In this document: positions 1 to 9,033 of the stretch, piece after piece | Numbering within the stretch: the stretch's first letter is position 1 | Layout of the letters: every line of letters begins with the position of its first letter | Source of the DNA: a virus | Length of the DNA stretch: 53,906 nucleotides | Reading direction: 5' to 3' (one strand) | Virus record (IMG/VR): IMGVR_UViG_3300033111_000121 | Coordinates: 1 to 53,906 of that record | The notes under the pieces: model-generated | The model's database searches: none | What the model saw: the letters and a program-made list of their open reading frames with translations, nothing else | What the model was told of the DNA's origin: nothing | Program-made: the position numbers and the translations under genes

Positions 1-55
1 ACAGCACCCTCATAGCTCGAGGGAATAGGTCTTGGAGTCGGTCGGAATGAGGTGT
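1..55. repeat. Terminal 55-nt identity with 53852..53906 (assembly overlap of a circular contig)
   Basis: Read directly: nt 1-55 equal nt 53852-53906. A k-mer-sized overlap is typical of a circularly closing assembly. Unique length is about 53,851 bp. Confidence 0.9.
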
Positions 56-3000
56 GAACAGCACCTCGTCCCCGGCTCTGAGGCCGATGGAGCGGCTCCC
101 GGTCGTCACGGTGGCAGCCCATCGGTCGACCCCGGATCGTCTGTTGATCAGGTCCGCTACGGCGTCAGCGTCAGCATCTCGAGAGATCGGGGAGTTGACC
201 TCGATGGGCGACGAGTTGAGGCCCTGGGTCTTCGAGCGGATCTCCCGGTAGGGAGTGATCATGTCGTTGCGGCGCTCCGCGCTGAGGCCGCTGGCGAGGT
301 CGACGAGGTTCAGCGGAGCCCGGTTGAATGCGTACCTCAGGTTGAGATCACGGCGGCGGATCCGTCTGAGGTGGCGCACCTCGGATTGGCCTGGGGCGGT
401 CGACAGGTCGAGGGTCTGGACCGGCGACCATCGCGCGTCCTTGCCGAGGATCGAGCCCAGGCTTGCCAGCACATCGATGTTGGCTCTCCCCCTCTTCCAC
501 TGGACATTGCGGTACGCCGCGAGCGCCCCGCCCACCTTGAGATTCGCCGTGTAACGTGCGGCGATGTTCCCGGAGAGGTTGACTGTGTGCCACCGACCGG
601 CCGGGATGAACAGCCCCACATTGTTCCCGAGCACCGGATCGAAGAGGGCGTTGTTCGCGCCGGTCGGGTTGGGGTACCAGTACAGGATGCCGGCAGGACA
701 CTCGAGCAGCTTGATCCTTTCGGTGTTCTTGACACCCCCTGACGGCATGCAGTGGAGGTAGATGTCCAGATCCATGCTCCAGGCTCTCCCAGAGCCCGTA
801 GAAGCCGGTCTGTGGGTGATCTCGATCCCAGAGGTCTCCAGGGTCCTGGTCCCGTCCACAGAGGCCACAGGAGGTAGCAGAGGGAATGGCCTGATGGCTC
901 CGGTCGGGTGAAAGTGCCAGTTCCAGCCCGAGGGGTCGATCAGCTCCATCAGAAGCTCGTCGGTCGACGGGATCTGCTGGTGCCTCGAGGTCCCCGCGAA
1001 GCACGGGAGCTGTAGCCTCAGGCGCTCGAGCAGCGGCTCGTCCATGTCGATATTATCGGCCCTGTCCGATATGGTCTTGAGCAGGTCCGCGAGGCGCACA
1101 CCGCCATCGTGACTGTGGATGGTCGCGGGCTCCGCGAGCACGGTGGCCTCGGTACCGTCCGTGGTCCGGTTCAGCGCCAGACCGCTCTTGGATCCGATGG
1201 CCTTGGGGTTGCTGAGCGATCCTCCCCTGGCTCTCGAGACGGGGCCGAGGGCCTCGACCTGGGTCGGGTTGGCCAACTCGTCGGAGAAGCGGTAGAGGCT
1301 GTGGAGGTAGTCGACGAGATCGAGCGGGAGCTGCCGGCCGAACAGGTTCAGGGGCATGGGTACGGAGGCGAGAGAGGAGTCTCCCTGTCCCGAGGCCACC
1401 CACTTGTGTCCAGCGGCGTGTGTGGCGTCGTTGTTGCCCTTTTCGTCGGCGCTGGTGTTTCCGTCATAATCCTCCATGTGCCAGAGCCCGACAAGGCCCG
1501 GAACGTGGGCGGGGATCCGGTTCTGGAGGACGGCCGAGGCCTCGGCCTGATCGATGAAGCGGTTGAACACCGCGAAGTCGGCTCTGGAGCGCCTGAGGAC
1601 CACACGGCCGGCCGGGAAGTTCCCGGTCTGGTTCCCGCCCTCGATCAGTTCGCCGTCGACCATGAAGTAGCTATTTTTGGCGTCCTGAGCGTAGACGAGA
1701 CGATGGACCTCTCCCATCGCCACGGTGTTTCCCAGGCGGCGGGCCGGGAGGCCGTCGATCAGGTCCGCGAGGGTGTTTACGGTGGATGTGCGGCGGAACA
1801 TGAGAGCGATGGTGTACTCGTTGGACAGGGCCGGCCATCCAGCTCGAGGGATGGTTGTGGTCCCCTGTTCGACGAGGCACCTGACTCCCCGGTAGATGTT
1901 GACCGGGAATGGTTCATTGGGTGGCTCGAGCGCCACGTTCAGGATGACGGTGTGGAAGTCGGTCTGGGGCTCCGCAGTGAGGCGTCCGGTGCAGAGGAGA
2001 ATATCGTTTCCGTAGAGGCGCACAGGCGTGTCTGAGAGGTCCTCAGTGGCGTCGATCAAGTCGTCGTGGTGACTCCATCTGTTGTTCAGCGTGACAGTCC
2101 CGGAGAGCGCCCGCTGGTGGAGCTGGTCGACGCCGTTTGAGAAGGCGTCGATGGTCATGGAGATAGCCTCCAGAGTGCCTGCCACGCCGTCTGAGCCTGC
2201 GTAGGCGGCCTTGAAGAGGGTATTCCCTGCCTCCCCCACCTCCAGACGCAGAATCACGGCCTCGTCGCCGATCCCGGAGCGATCCATGGCATCCGTGGGA
2301 GAGACGGCGGCATAGTTCGGATTGAGGTCCTCAACAACGTCACCAACCACTCGAGCAGCTAGTATCTCTACATTAAAGCCTGAGGACCCTGACTTTCCTG
2401 ATGCATCAGATACTCTCAGTGTGTGCTCTGTCTTGGCATATACCTCTGATGGAATGCCAGAGATGAACCTGTTTATGTAGTTTGGGTTGAGTTCGTCAGG
2501 AAGCTCAGGAATGATGTCGATGTTGTAAGGAGGTGTTCCTTCTGCTGGCTCTGTGATTTCCTCGAACAGAAGCTCGTCGACGTATCCGGTGATAGAAGGA
2601 ACATCACCTATAGACAATGCAGTGTCGTCAGTGTCGTCAGTGTCTATTTGTAACAATAAAATCACTTCACTCTTTGATCTGTCGCTACCAGTAGCGATGT
2701 ATCTTATTGCAAAAGTTGATATTGCTATGTTTTTAGTCCAAGAAATCTCTCTGGTTCCAGGATTGAAGGATACTTCGCTTGGTATGCCCTCTAGAGAATA
2801 TGTGACAGTTACATCATTACTATGATCTGCAATCGGAAGGATGCGAGATCCAGCTACTCCTCTTTTGCCCTTTATCAGACCTATTGATGGCAAAGCTAAA
2901 TCTATCTTGTTATCATCTAGTGTAATCTCGAAGTCGTTGTAGGTGCCTGCGCCTATGCCTCTTATGAACGCCCCAAGCCCGCGAGGGTTCCAGAATCTGT

Positions 3001-3358
3001 AGGGCTCTGATGAGTCTGGTATCGGGCCGAACGTCCAACTAGCACCGCCACGCCGAACCGTAATCGCCTTTGTGCTGGTCCTCCAAGCAGTCGTCAAACT
3101 TGGTCCGGCCCCACCCCCCCCAATCGAATCGTTCGTGGAAGTCTGGACATCGCTAGGGCTAATACTACTGGCAATGAGACGAAATTCTCGCAGATAGGCA
3201 ACACCGCCGCCGCTCACAAGTGCTGACGGAATCAGATAACCACTGTTTCTTGGAAACCCATGATCACCAACCCTGCCAACACCAGGACGAATCGCCCAAT
3301 CGCCGCTACCAAACCGTAGAATCTCCAACGAGACGCCGGTGAACGTGACTTTAGCCAT
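1..3358 (-). CDS. Large tail fiber / host-specificity-like structural protein (about 1140 aa, crosses the circular junction)
   Basis: ATG at 3358-3356 overlaps the TAA of the upstream gene (TAATG). Manual translation stays open to nt 1 and, through the 55-nt overlap, to TAG at 53789-53787. It is absent from the ORF track because it runs off the window edge, and no other minus ORF is listed in this frame. The C-terminal half has a stretch (LWHMEDYDGNTSADEKGNNDATH) that weakly resembles ConA/LamG-like lectin folds. Confidence 0.7.
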   Translation of the reverse strand, partial: MAKVTFTGVSLEILRFGSGDWAIRPGVGRVGDHGFPRNSGYLIPSALVSGGGVAYLREFRLIASSISPSDVQTSTNDSIGGGGAGPSLTTAWRTSTKAITVRRGGASWTFGPIPDSSEPYRFWNPRGLGAFIRGIGAGTYNDFEITLDDNKIDLALPSIGLIKGKRGVAGSRILPIADHSNDVTVTYSLEGIPSEVSFNPGTREISWTKNIAISTFAIRYIATGSDRSKSEVILLLQIDTDDTDDTALSIGDVPSITGYVDELLFEEITEPAEGTPPYNIDIIPELPDELNPNYINRFISGIPSEVYAKTEHTLRVSDASGKSGSSGFNVEILAARVVGDVVEDLNPNYAAVSPTDAMDRSGIGDEAVILRLEVGEAGNTLFKAAYAGSDGVAGTLEAISMTIDAFSNGVDQLHQRALSGTVTLNNRWSHHDDLIDATEDLSDTPVRLYGNDILLCTGRLTAEPQTDFHTVILNVALEPPNEPFPVNIYRGVRCLVEQGTTTIPRAGWPALSNEYTIALMFRRTSTVNTLADLIDGLPARRLGNTVAMGEVHRLVYAQDAKNSYFMVDGELIEGGNQTGNFPAGRVVLRRSRADFAVFNRFIDQAEASAVLQNRIPAHVPGLVGLWHMEDYDGNTSADEKGNNDATHAAGHKWVASGQGDSSLASVPMPLNLFGRQLPLDLVDYLHSLYRFSDELANPTQVEALGPVSRARGGSLSNPKAIGSKSGLALNRTTDGTEATVLAEPATIHSHDGGVRLADLLKTISDRADNIDMDEPLLERLRLQLPCFAGTSRHQQIPSTDELLMELIDPSGWNWHFHPTGAIRPFPLLPPVASVDGTRTLETSGIEITHRPASTGSGRAWSMDLDIYLHCMPSGGVKNTERIKLLECPAGILYWYPNPTGANNALFDPVLGNNVGLFIPAGRWHTVNLSGNIAARYTANLKVGGALAAYRNVQWKRGRANIDVLASLGSILGKDARWSPVQTLDLSTAPGQSEVRHLRRIRRRDLNLRYAFNRAPLNLVDLASGLSAERRNDMITPYREIRSKTQGLNSSPIEVNSPISRDADADAVADLINRRSGVDRWAATVTTGSRSIGLRAGDEVLFTPHSDRLQDLFPRAMRVL

Positions 3359-4116
3359 TAGGCAATGACCTCTTGGAAGGACATCGTTGCCGTCATCCTC
3401 TTGTTGCGGCCGGCTTCACGCCAGGGACGGAACATAGGGCGGCCGACGATGCGCCCGAGCATGGCCTCTTCGGCCCAAAGATCGGTGTCTACGTCCCTCG
3501 GAACGACTAGGAGGGGAGTCTCCATTCCATGGCGCAGAGAGAGCCCCCTGAGGGCGCTGGCTTCGCTCTTGAAGAGGATGGGCCAGTGAAGAGACAGGAG
3601 GCGTTCGCGCCGGTTCCCAGGACCGAGTTCAACCTCGTGGGAGAAGTCGTCGACGATTCCGGCTCTGGTTCTTATCCGCTTGCCCGCGTAGATCCAGGCA
3701 GCTCGCAGGTTGTTGTTGGTACGGTCGCGGTGCTGATCGGCTAAGGAAGCGCTAGCACGAGTATTGAACCTGAGGCTCAGGGAAGGGATGGTTACCGCCT
3801 CATCGAGAGTCAGGATGTGGAGGTGGCCCGAGGGTGGGTTCCAGACGGTTCCCGTGGCCCTCATGAGGATGCGGCCGAAGAGATGCTGTTGGCCTGTGGC
3901 CCAGGCGTGGATCGTGCTCCCCTCGCTGACCCCTCCCACGGCGATTGTGTCGACCTGTGAGGCCGCTGAGAAGGCCACTACTACGGTGTTGGCTCCTGCC
4001 TGGGACCACACCTTGTCCAGACGGTAGTTCTTGAGTACGTCGAGGTCGTCAGCGCCCGTGAGAGTGGCGTCTGGTACGAGGTTATCCCCTGCTAGAATGA
4101 CGCGGACCACAGCCAC
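3358..4116 (-). CDS. Hypothetical tail-associated protein, 252 aa
   Basis: ORF track; GTG start at 4116. Its TAA overlaps the ATG of the giant fiber-like gene, implying coupled translation. No motif recognised. Confidence 0.6.
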   Translation of the reverse strand: MAVVRVILAGDNLVPDATLTGADDLDVLKNYRLDKVWSQAGANTVVVAFSAASQVDTIAVGGVSEGSTIHAWATGQQHLFGRILMRATGTVWNPPSGHLHILTLDEAVTIPSLSLRFNTRASASLADQHRDRTNNNLRAAWIYAGKRIRTRAGIVDDFSHEVELGPGNRRERLLSLHWPILFKSEASALRGLSLRHGMETPLLVVPRDVDTDLWAEEAMLGRIVGRPMFRPWREAGRNKRMTATMSFQEVIA

Positions 4117-4130
4117 AGGAGTATAGCAAA

Positions 4131-4697
4131 ATGGGACTCTTTGACGACATTCTCCCCGGCATGGTCGGGGATGTTTTCCAGGTTCTAGGCGGGGATGCCG
4201 AAATCGAGCTGAGTTTCACGCCGAAGACGGCGCTGATTTCGATCTCCACCGGAAAATCGGCGGACGAGATACCTTGGAGTGTTGATGGTAATGGAGACGT
4301 TGTGCTCGACTTCACGGGTTTGTCCGGCCGCGTTCCGGCTGGCGTCACCCTTGATGGAGTGGGAAAGCTGTTGGAGTCTATTCAGGTTGAGGGTGTTGGT
4401 GCGCGTAGCGCCAACATAGAAAAAGCCGACCCCAACCTCAACGGGTCAGGGTCGGCAATGGTCTCTGACGGCGACAGGGAGGTGTATACCTACCTAAGCG
4501 TCAAAGAGGTTGATGAGATGGGTCCTGGAGAGACGATTCAGAAGATGCACAAGATCTTGATCGCCTCCGAGGGTGTGTCTCACAAGCCCGAGAAGGGAGA
4601 CCTTGTGGAGCTTGGAGACAACACCCTCAGAGTCATGCAGTTCGAGCAGGTTGATGCTGGAACTACAGCAGCTTACTACAAGCTACTGTTGGCCTAG
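4131..4697 (+). CDS. Hypothetical protein, 188 aa
   Basis: ORF track; AGGAG 9 nt upstream of ATG. It is a lone plus-strand gene between two minus-strand blocks. Confidence 0.6.
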   Translation: MGLFDDILPGMVGDVFQVLGGDAEIELSFTPKTALISISTGKSADEIPWSVDGNGDVVLDFTGLSGRVPAGVTLDGVGKLLESIQVEGVGARSANIEKADPNLNGSGSAMVSDGDREVYTYLSVKEVDEMGPGETIQKMHKILIASEGVSHKPEKGDLVELGDNTLRVMQFEQVDAGTTAAYYKLLLA

Positions 4698-4771
4698 ATG
4701 GATCCTCCTCCATCAAGTTGAGCTTGTGTTTCGAGATCGCCTTCGTCGTTTGTGATTGTTACTCGTATGCG

Positions 4772-4978
4772 TTATCTCCTTTGGAGGTTTCGTTGGTGCC
4801 AGAAGGTTACTGTGATCAACAGGACTGGCACAATGAGAAATTCCCACTTCCAGTACCTAAAGAAGCACAGTGCTGATGTGATTCCAATGATGAACGCTAC
4901 GGTGGATACGCATCCAGATGGATTTCTACCGTAGACGTTGGTTGCTGCTCGAGCTGTGGTTTCGTTGAGAAACCTCAT
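4772..4978 (-). CDS. Small membrane protein, 68 aa
   Basis: ATGA start/stop overlap with the upstream gene. Two hydrophobic helices (VSTVAFIIGITSALCFF, FLIVPVLLITVTFW). Confidence 0.55.
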   Translation of the reverse strand: MRFLNETTARAATNVYGRNPSGCVSTVAFIIGITSALCFFRYWKWEFLIVPVLLITVTFWHQRNLQRR

Positions 4979-5856
4979 CTTGCGATGTATTCCTTACCGA
5001 AGACCAAGTGTTGCATGGTTTCCTCAGAGACCTCTTCTTCTACAAGATGTTCCCAACCGTATGGGAGATTTCTGTTTTCCCACTGGCACATCACCTGGAA
5101 CATATACTGGTATGCCCATTCACTTCTTAGGGCATCACCACCACCAGAAACCCAATAGATGTAGTAATCGTGTCGACTCGGTTGTTTTTCGAGTTTGACT
5201 GCCATGGGGTAATCGCCATCGGTGATCGTTTCGATGAAGGTCTCATTCATGAGCTCGTCGAGGTTTTCGAGGTACTTGTACTGAAATCTCTCAGCGAGGT
5301 TTTCCCACCATTTGGCGAACTTTTCTCCGTGATCCTTGGCGGCTTTGTCTAGGTCACTTCGATTGCACCACAGGCATGCGTTGTAGATGTCCTCGCCATC
5401 CATGATGTTCTCTATAGGATTGTAATCGGTGATGGGAAGGTAGGGCCAATCGTCACCGTACTTTTCATACAGTTCATCAGTGAAGTCGTCTTCACAGACT
5501 CCTGCCCTTAGGAGTTGATTGTCATCCCAGGCGTAGGCCTCGGTGTAGTGAAGCGAGTAGCTGTGACCCTGGGCGTTTTTGTGAAGAATGCCTTCAGCAA
5601 GCTCTTCGTCGTTGAGGTAGATGATTGGGATATCTTTCGGGTGACGAGGTTCACACCAGTATCGGATGTCTCGATCAGGGTGTTGTTCGTTGAGGTAGTT
5701 GGCCGTTTCGATGGCGTCTTGTTCTGTGTGTCTGATGGCGTACTTGTGGAACTTCTCGCACTCACCATCGCTGTATGTTTCTCGAGTGACCCATTGGATC
5801 TTCCAGATGTCGAGAGGGCTTTCTTGTTCCCTTGTGGAGTATCGGCTTACTGGCAT
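4975..5856 (-). CDS. Acidic Trp/Tyr-rich hypothetical protein, 293 aa
   Basis: Track ORF 4975..6030 trimmed to ATG 5856, which has GGAGGA 8 nt upstream. The longer form would overlap upstream genes. Confidence 0.65.
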   Translation of the reverse strand: MPVSRYSTREQESPLDIWKIQWVTRETYSDGECEKFHKYAIRHTEQDAIETANYLNEQHPDRDIRYWCEPRHPKDIPIIYLNDEELAEGILHKNAQGHSYSLHYTEAYAWDDNQLLRAGVCEDDFTDELYEKYGDDWPYLPITDYNPIENIMDGEDIYNACLWCNRSDLDKAAKDHGEKFAKWWENLAERFQYKYLENLDELMNETFIETITDGDYPMAVKLEKQPSRHDYYIYWVSGGGDALRSEWAYQYMFQVMCQWENRNLPYGWEHLVEEEVSEETMQHLVFGKEYIAR

Positions 5857-5939
5857 AGTTCGTATCCTCCATCCCTCAGGATGTCGTGGTGCTTGGTCGC
5901 CTCGAGCACAGCTTCTTCGGTGATTCGTCTGATCTGCAT
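5847..5939 (-). CDS. Small ORF, 30 aa (below track cutoff)
   Basis: Manual translation gives MQIRRITEEAVLEATKHHDILRDGGYELCQ. TAATG overlap with the upstream stop, and its own stop overlaps the downstream start region. Confidence 0.4.
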   Translation of the reverse strand: MQIRRITEEAVLEATKHHDILRDGGYELCQ

Positions 5940-6685
5940 TAGCCGTTCCTTTCTCTGTCTGCCTTGACTCGGTGGTACTCACGATCTTCTCGTTCCCTGA
6001 GGTAACAAGCGATCTTTGAGAGCCTGTCAAGCTCTGGGGATACCTTGTCGAAGATCATGTTATCGATGTGACCATTGGCGTTCAGTTCTCCTGATGCGTA
6101 GTCGGCTTCCCATCGACTGTCCTCAAAGGTCTCTCCAAGCGTGTGCTCTAGGTACGCCTCGAGAAGGGTGTTGAGTTGGTTGTGATCCCACTCCATAGGA
6201 TCAATGTCCCAGGTCTTGATGTTAGGGTTGTAGTGAGAGATGAAGTCAGATCTACTTGTGAACATGGCTTCTGCGACCTGTTCAAGGAGATCAGTGTCGC
6301 GTATGGTGTTGAACATCTTTTGTACTTGCTCGTTTGTTGTGCGAGCAAAGATGCGGTCAGTTGCGAAGTTGTAGAAGGTAGGAGAGTTGAGTTCCTCGAA
6401 CTTGAGATCCAGGTTGAAGGCATCAGCGAAGTCTTCGGTATACATCTGGGCGTAGAGCATATAGACGTTGGGGTAATCTACATGTTCCCAGAAGGTTTCT
6501 GAAAGCAGGCCACCGAGCTGATCTCCGTTTGAGTCTTGTGTGCAGAACTCTACAGCATCTTCGATAACCCAACTGTGCCAGGATTCATAGAATCCCGAGA
6601 AGGGCAGTACTATGCTGTGGACGTACTTCTCCTCGAAGTCTTCTTCTGCTTTGTACCTGCGGTTTGGTCCGTCACAAATTCCCAT
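5939..6685 (-). CDS. Strongly acidic hypothetical protein, 248 aa
   Basis: ORF track; GGAG 8 nt upstream of ATG 6685. My manual count is roughly 50 D/E against about 22 K/R. Confidence 0.65.
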   Translation of the reverse strand: MGICDGPNRRYKAEEDFEEKYVHSIVLPFSGFYESWHSWVIEDAVEFCTQDSNGDQLGGLLSETFWEHVDYPNVYMLYAQMYTEDFADAFNLDLKFEELNSPTFYNFATDRIFARTTNEQVQKMFNTIRDTDLLEQVAEAMFTSRSDFISHYNPNIKTWDIDPMEWDHNQLNTLLEAYLEHTLGETFEDSRWEADYASGELNANGHIDNMIFDKVSPELDRLSKIACYLREREDREYHRVKADRERNG

Positions 6686-6830
6686 CTAGGAATCTCCAGG
6701 ATGTTTGGGTCGTTGAATAGTGCTTCTTCAATTTCGTAGAGTAAGTTGTTCTTGCCCCATGATTCTGCTTCACCTGGGATGTATCCCATGCACAGGCTTC
6801 ACACCATGTATCAGCGGCGTAGATGTTCAT
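6672..6830 (-). CDS. Small CxxC protein, 52 aa
   Basis: ATG 6830 overlaps the TAA of the upstream gene (TAATG). The sequence is MNIYAADTWCEACAWD..., the tail of track ORF 6672..7064. Confidence 0.45.
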   Translation of the reverse strand: MNIYAADTWCEACAWDTSQVKQNHGARTTYSTKLKKHYSTTQTSWRFLDGNL

Positions 6831-7303
6831 TAACCAGTCTCCGGGCTCCAGGAGTCCTCGAACCAATCGATCACATCTTCTGCGTCGTTCAGTTCGCGCT
6901 CGATATAGCTTGAACCCCAAGCATAGCTTGAACCCCAAGCAGCTTTGATCATGGGACGGCCGCTTTGGCGCTCCCATTCGATCCAGATGTTGGGTCCCCC
7001 GAAGCCACACCATAACTTGTGAACAACCACAGTATCGAAAGAGAGGAACTCTTCTGATTTCCATCTGTAGAGGGCTTCATGTACATCGGTTTCTTCTTTG
7101 TCGCCAAAGTTTTCAAGGACATTCTGCCAAGCTTCAAGAAGGCCAAGGTCATCAAGTTCTTGTGCTATGTCGTCAGGTCCAGTGTCTTTATCAATGATGT
7201 CTTGAATTTCGGCAGCTCCTTCGAGAACCAACCTGTAATTCAAGAAACCCTCTCTGATGCTGTTGATGTGTTCTAGTAGCTGCTGTTCTGTTGCGTCAGT
7301 CAC
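6830..7303 (-). CDS. Acidic hypothetical protein, 157 aa, with in-frame 18-bp tandem duplication
   Basis: ORF track. AWGSSYAWGSSY is encoded by a perfect 2 x 18 bp repeat at 6905-6940. Confidence 0.65.
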   Translation of the reverse strand: MTDATEQQLLEHINSIREGFLNYRLVLEGAAEIQDIIDKDTGPDDIAQELDDLGLLEAWQNVLENFGDKEETDVHEALYRWKSEEFLSFDTVVVHKLWCGFGGPNIWIEWERQSGRPMIKAAWGSSYAWGSSYIERELNDAEDVIDWFEDSWSPETG

Positions 7304-7778
7304 TTTGCATGTACCTCTCGGTTTCTTTGTTCCACTTCACTTTGGTTGTGAGGGCGATGTTGAAGGACTCGGCGATGTGATCACCGTTATCCCAGCCGTA
7401 CTCCTCTTCGTGTTTTTTGTCTGCATACTCAGACTCGATTTCGATGTTGAGGCCATGAATCAAAGAAGCGGTTACTGTAATGGTGTGAGAAGACCACCCA
7501 TCGTAGTATCCGTGTTCGTTCATGTGGTGGAACTTAGTGAAAAATACGAGCTTCTCACCTGTTGATTGAACTAGGTTGATCTTGGATCCCATGTCGAATC
7601 CTGAACCTGATGGGAGGAACTCTCGAGCAAGCTCATTCAATGCGTACTGGTGGAGATCTTCCCACTTGTTCTCTTCGTTCTTGGCTCTACAGTTGATGAG
7701 TGCTGACATCCTGATCGCCATCTCTCTGTAGAGGGGAACTGAGGGGAAGACAAGCTCAGTCGTCATCGTACTGGTCAT
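7296..7778 (-). CDS. Hypothetical protein, 160 aa (156 aa if ATG 7766 is used)
   Basis: ORF track. The 12-bp tandem duplication creates two alternative ATGs. Its stop overlaps the start of the downstream gene. Confidence 0.6.
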   Translation of the reverse strand: MTSTMTTELVFPSVPLYREMAIRMSALINCRAKNEENKWEDLHQYALNELAREFLPSGSGFDMGSKINLVQSTGEKLVFFTKFHHMNEHGYYDGWSSHTITVTASLIHGLNIEIESEYADKKHEEEYGWDNGDHIAESFNIALTTKVKWNKETERYMQSD

Positions 7779-7965
7779 CGTACTGGTCTCCTTTTGGATT
7801 AGGGATTTCAGGAACTCGGTTTCGCATGGAGGTGTGTTCTTGCAGAATGGTGTCGTCGATGATGTTGTTCAGATCGGGAATGTGTCTTTCTTCACTATTG
7901 ACCCATCTTTCGTATTCCCTTCTGAGTGCGACAGATGTTCTGATGATTGATCCTATTTCGCTCAT
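7756..7965 (-). CDS. Hypothetical protein, 69 aa, DQYD-repeat C-terminus
   Basis: Track ORF 7756..8013 trimmed to ATG 7965, which lies just after the upstream TAG (7969-7967). Confidence 0.5.
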   Translation of the reverse strand: MSEIGSIIRTSVALRREYERWVNSEERHIPDLNNIIDDTILQEHTSMRNRVPEIPNPKGDQYDDQYDDD

Positions 7966-7966
7966 G

Positions 7967-8197
7967 CTACTTGTCCTTGTCTGTTGCTCCAAGATAGTGA
8001 GTGTCTTCACCAACCTGGAAAGGTGGAAAGTGCCTCGTGATGATTTTCTTCATGGTCTTTCCGTCACGGCGCTTGACCCTTACCTTGATCCCTACTGGAG
8101 GTAGTGGTCGATTGATTCGTCTCACGCCCCACTTACCTGATTGTAACTTTGTAGGGGTGATGTCTGGAAGGACCCGAAGATTCGGGTTGAGGTTCAC
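7967..8197 (-). CDS. Basic hypothetical protein, 76 aa
   Basis: ORF track; GTG start with GTGA overlap on the upstream small ORF. Confidence 0.55.
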   Translation of the reverse strand: MNLNPNLRVLPDITPTKLQSGKWGVRRINRPLPPVGIKVRVKRRDGKTMKKIITRHFPPFQVGEDTHYLGATDKDK

Positions 8198-8361
8198 TTG
8201 CCCTCCAGGAACTCGAAAGGCGCGAAGGATTCGTGAACCTCTTCACAGAAGTCGTCACCCTCTCCGCTTTCGGCCAGGGCTTCTGCGAACCTCAGTGCTG
8301 CTGCCACAAGGTTTCTTGCTCTTTGTTCGACAGGTTCTTCTTTGTTCAGGTTACGCGGCAT
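8194..8361 (-). CDS. Small acidic ORF, 55 aa (below track cutoff)
   Basis: Manual translation gives MPRNLNKEEPVEQRARNLVAAALRFAEALAESGEGDDFCEEVHESFAPFEFLEGK. It is coupled to its neighbours at both ends. Confidence 0.45.
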   Translation of the reverse strand: MPRNLNKEEPVEQRARNLVAAALRFAEALAESGEGDDFCEEVHESFAPFEFLEGK

Positions 8362-8581
8362 AATCCCTGTTTCCTTCTGTTTCGATGTTGATCTGTGCTC
8401 CGACGAGCTGTTGCAGGTTACCAGGGGAAGGCTTGTATTTCACTACCCTTGGGAACCCAGGAAGGTTGATCTTGGCAAACCCCATCCAACGCTCATCATC
8501 AGGGAGAGTGATGGATCCCTCTGAGAGGTTCAGTCGAATGAGGTCTTGTTTACGAGCTACTGAGGTGATGGTGGCATTCAT
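8351..8581 (-). CDS. Hypothetical protein, 76 aa
   Basis: Track ORF 8351..8641 trimmed to ATG 8581, which forms an ATGA overlap with the upstream stop. Confidence 0.5.
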   Translation of the reverse strand: MNATITSVARKQDLIRLNLSEGSITLPDDERWMGFAKINLPGFPRVVKYKPSPGNLQQLVGAQINIETEGNRDYAA

Positions 8582-8778
8582 GACTTTTCCTTGTAGTCTT
8601 TTCTGAGAACGATTTGGTAGTGTTCTTGATAATTGTTGCACCAGTCAGAGGTATCAGTTCTCTCTAGCCACTGAAAGAACCTCCATGTTTTTGATATTTC
8701 ATCCCATTTCATCCAGGCTTGTGATTCGACATCTGTTGACCTACAGATTGAACATACTGGTTGATGAAAATTAGCCAT
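8578..8778 (-). CDS. Hypothetical Cys-containing protein, 66 aa
   Basis: Track ORF 8578..8832 trimmed to ATG 8778, which overlaps the stop of the upstream 55-aa ORF. Confidence 0.5.
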   Translation of the reverse strand: MANFHQPVCSICRSTDVESQAWMKWDEISKTWRFFQWLERTDTSDWCNNYQEHYQIVLRKDYKEKS

Positions 8779-8938
8779 AGATGATTTTTCCAAAGAGACC
8801 TGCTTGCACGATGACATCGGCCATTTCCGCATCGATCTCTCCTGAGTTGTTGTTCAAGATCTCTGTTTCACCAACTACTTTTCCCAGGTCGAGATGATGG
8901 CCTTGATTTCTTACCCTGTTTCCCACCATTGGATACAT
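8771..8938 (-). CDS. Small ORF, 55 aa (below track cutoff)
   Basis: AAGGAGA 5 nt upstream of ATG 8938. Manual translation gives MYPMVGNRVRNQGHHLDLGK... Confidence 0.45.
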   Translation of the reverse strand: MYPMVGNRVRNQGHHLDLGKVVGETEILNNNSGEIDAEMADVIVQAGLFGKIIYG

Positions 8939-8976
8939 TATGTTCTCCTTAGGTCTGGTGGTGTTCCTAAACGCAG

Positions 8977-9006
8977 AAAGGCCCTCCCGTAGCAGGGAGG
9001 GCCTTT
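8977..9006 (-). terminator. Hairpin terminator candidate downstream of ssb
   Basis: Perfect 12-bp stem (aaaggccctccc / gggagggccttt) with a 6-nt loop, 28 nt after the ssb stop. The minus-sense tail ttctgcgttt is only moderately U-rich. Confidence 0.55.
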
Positions 9007-9033
9007 TGTGAATGTCAGGTGATGGTGTGAGAG

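Noticed and set aside
1-4697. An invertible tail-fiber segment (Mu G or P1 C type) explaining the opposite orientation of the fiber genes
   Set aside because: I found no serine invertase gene and saw no flanking inverted repeats.
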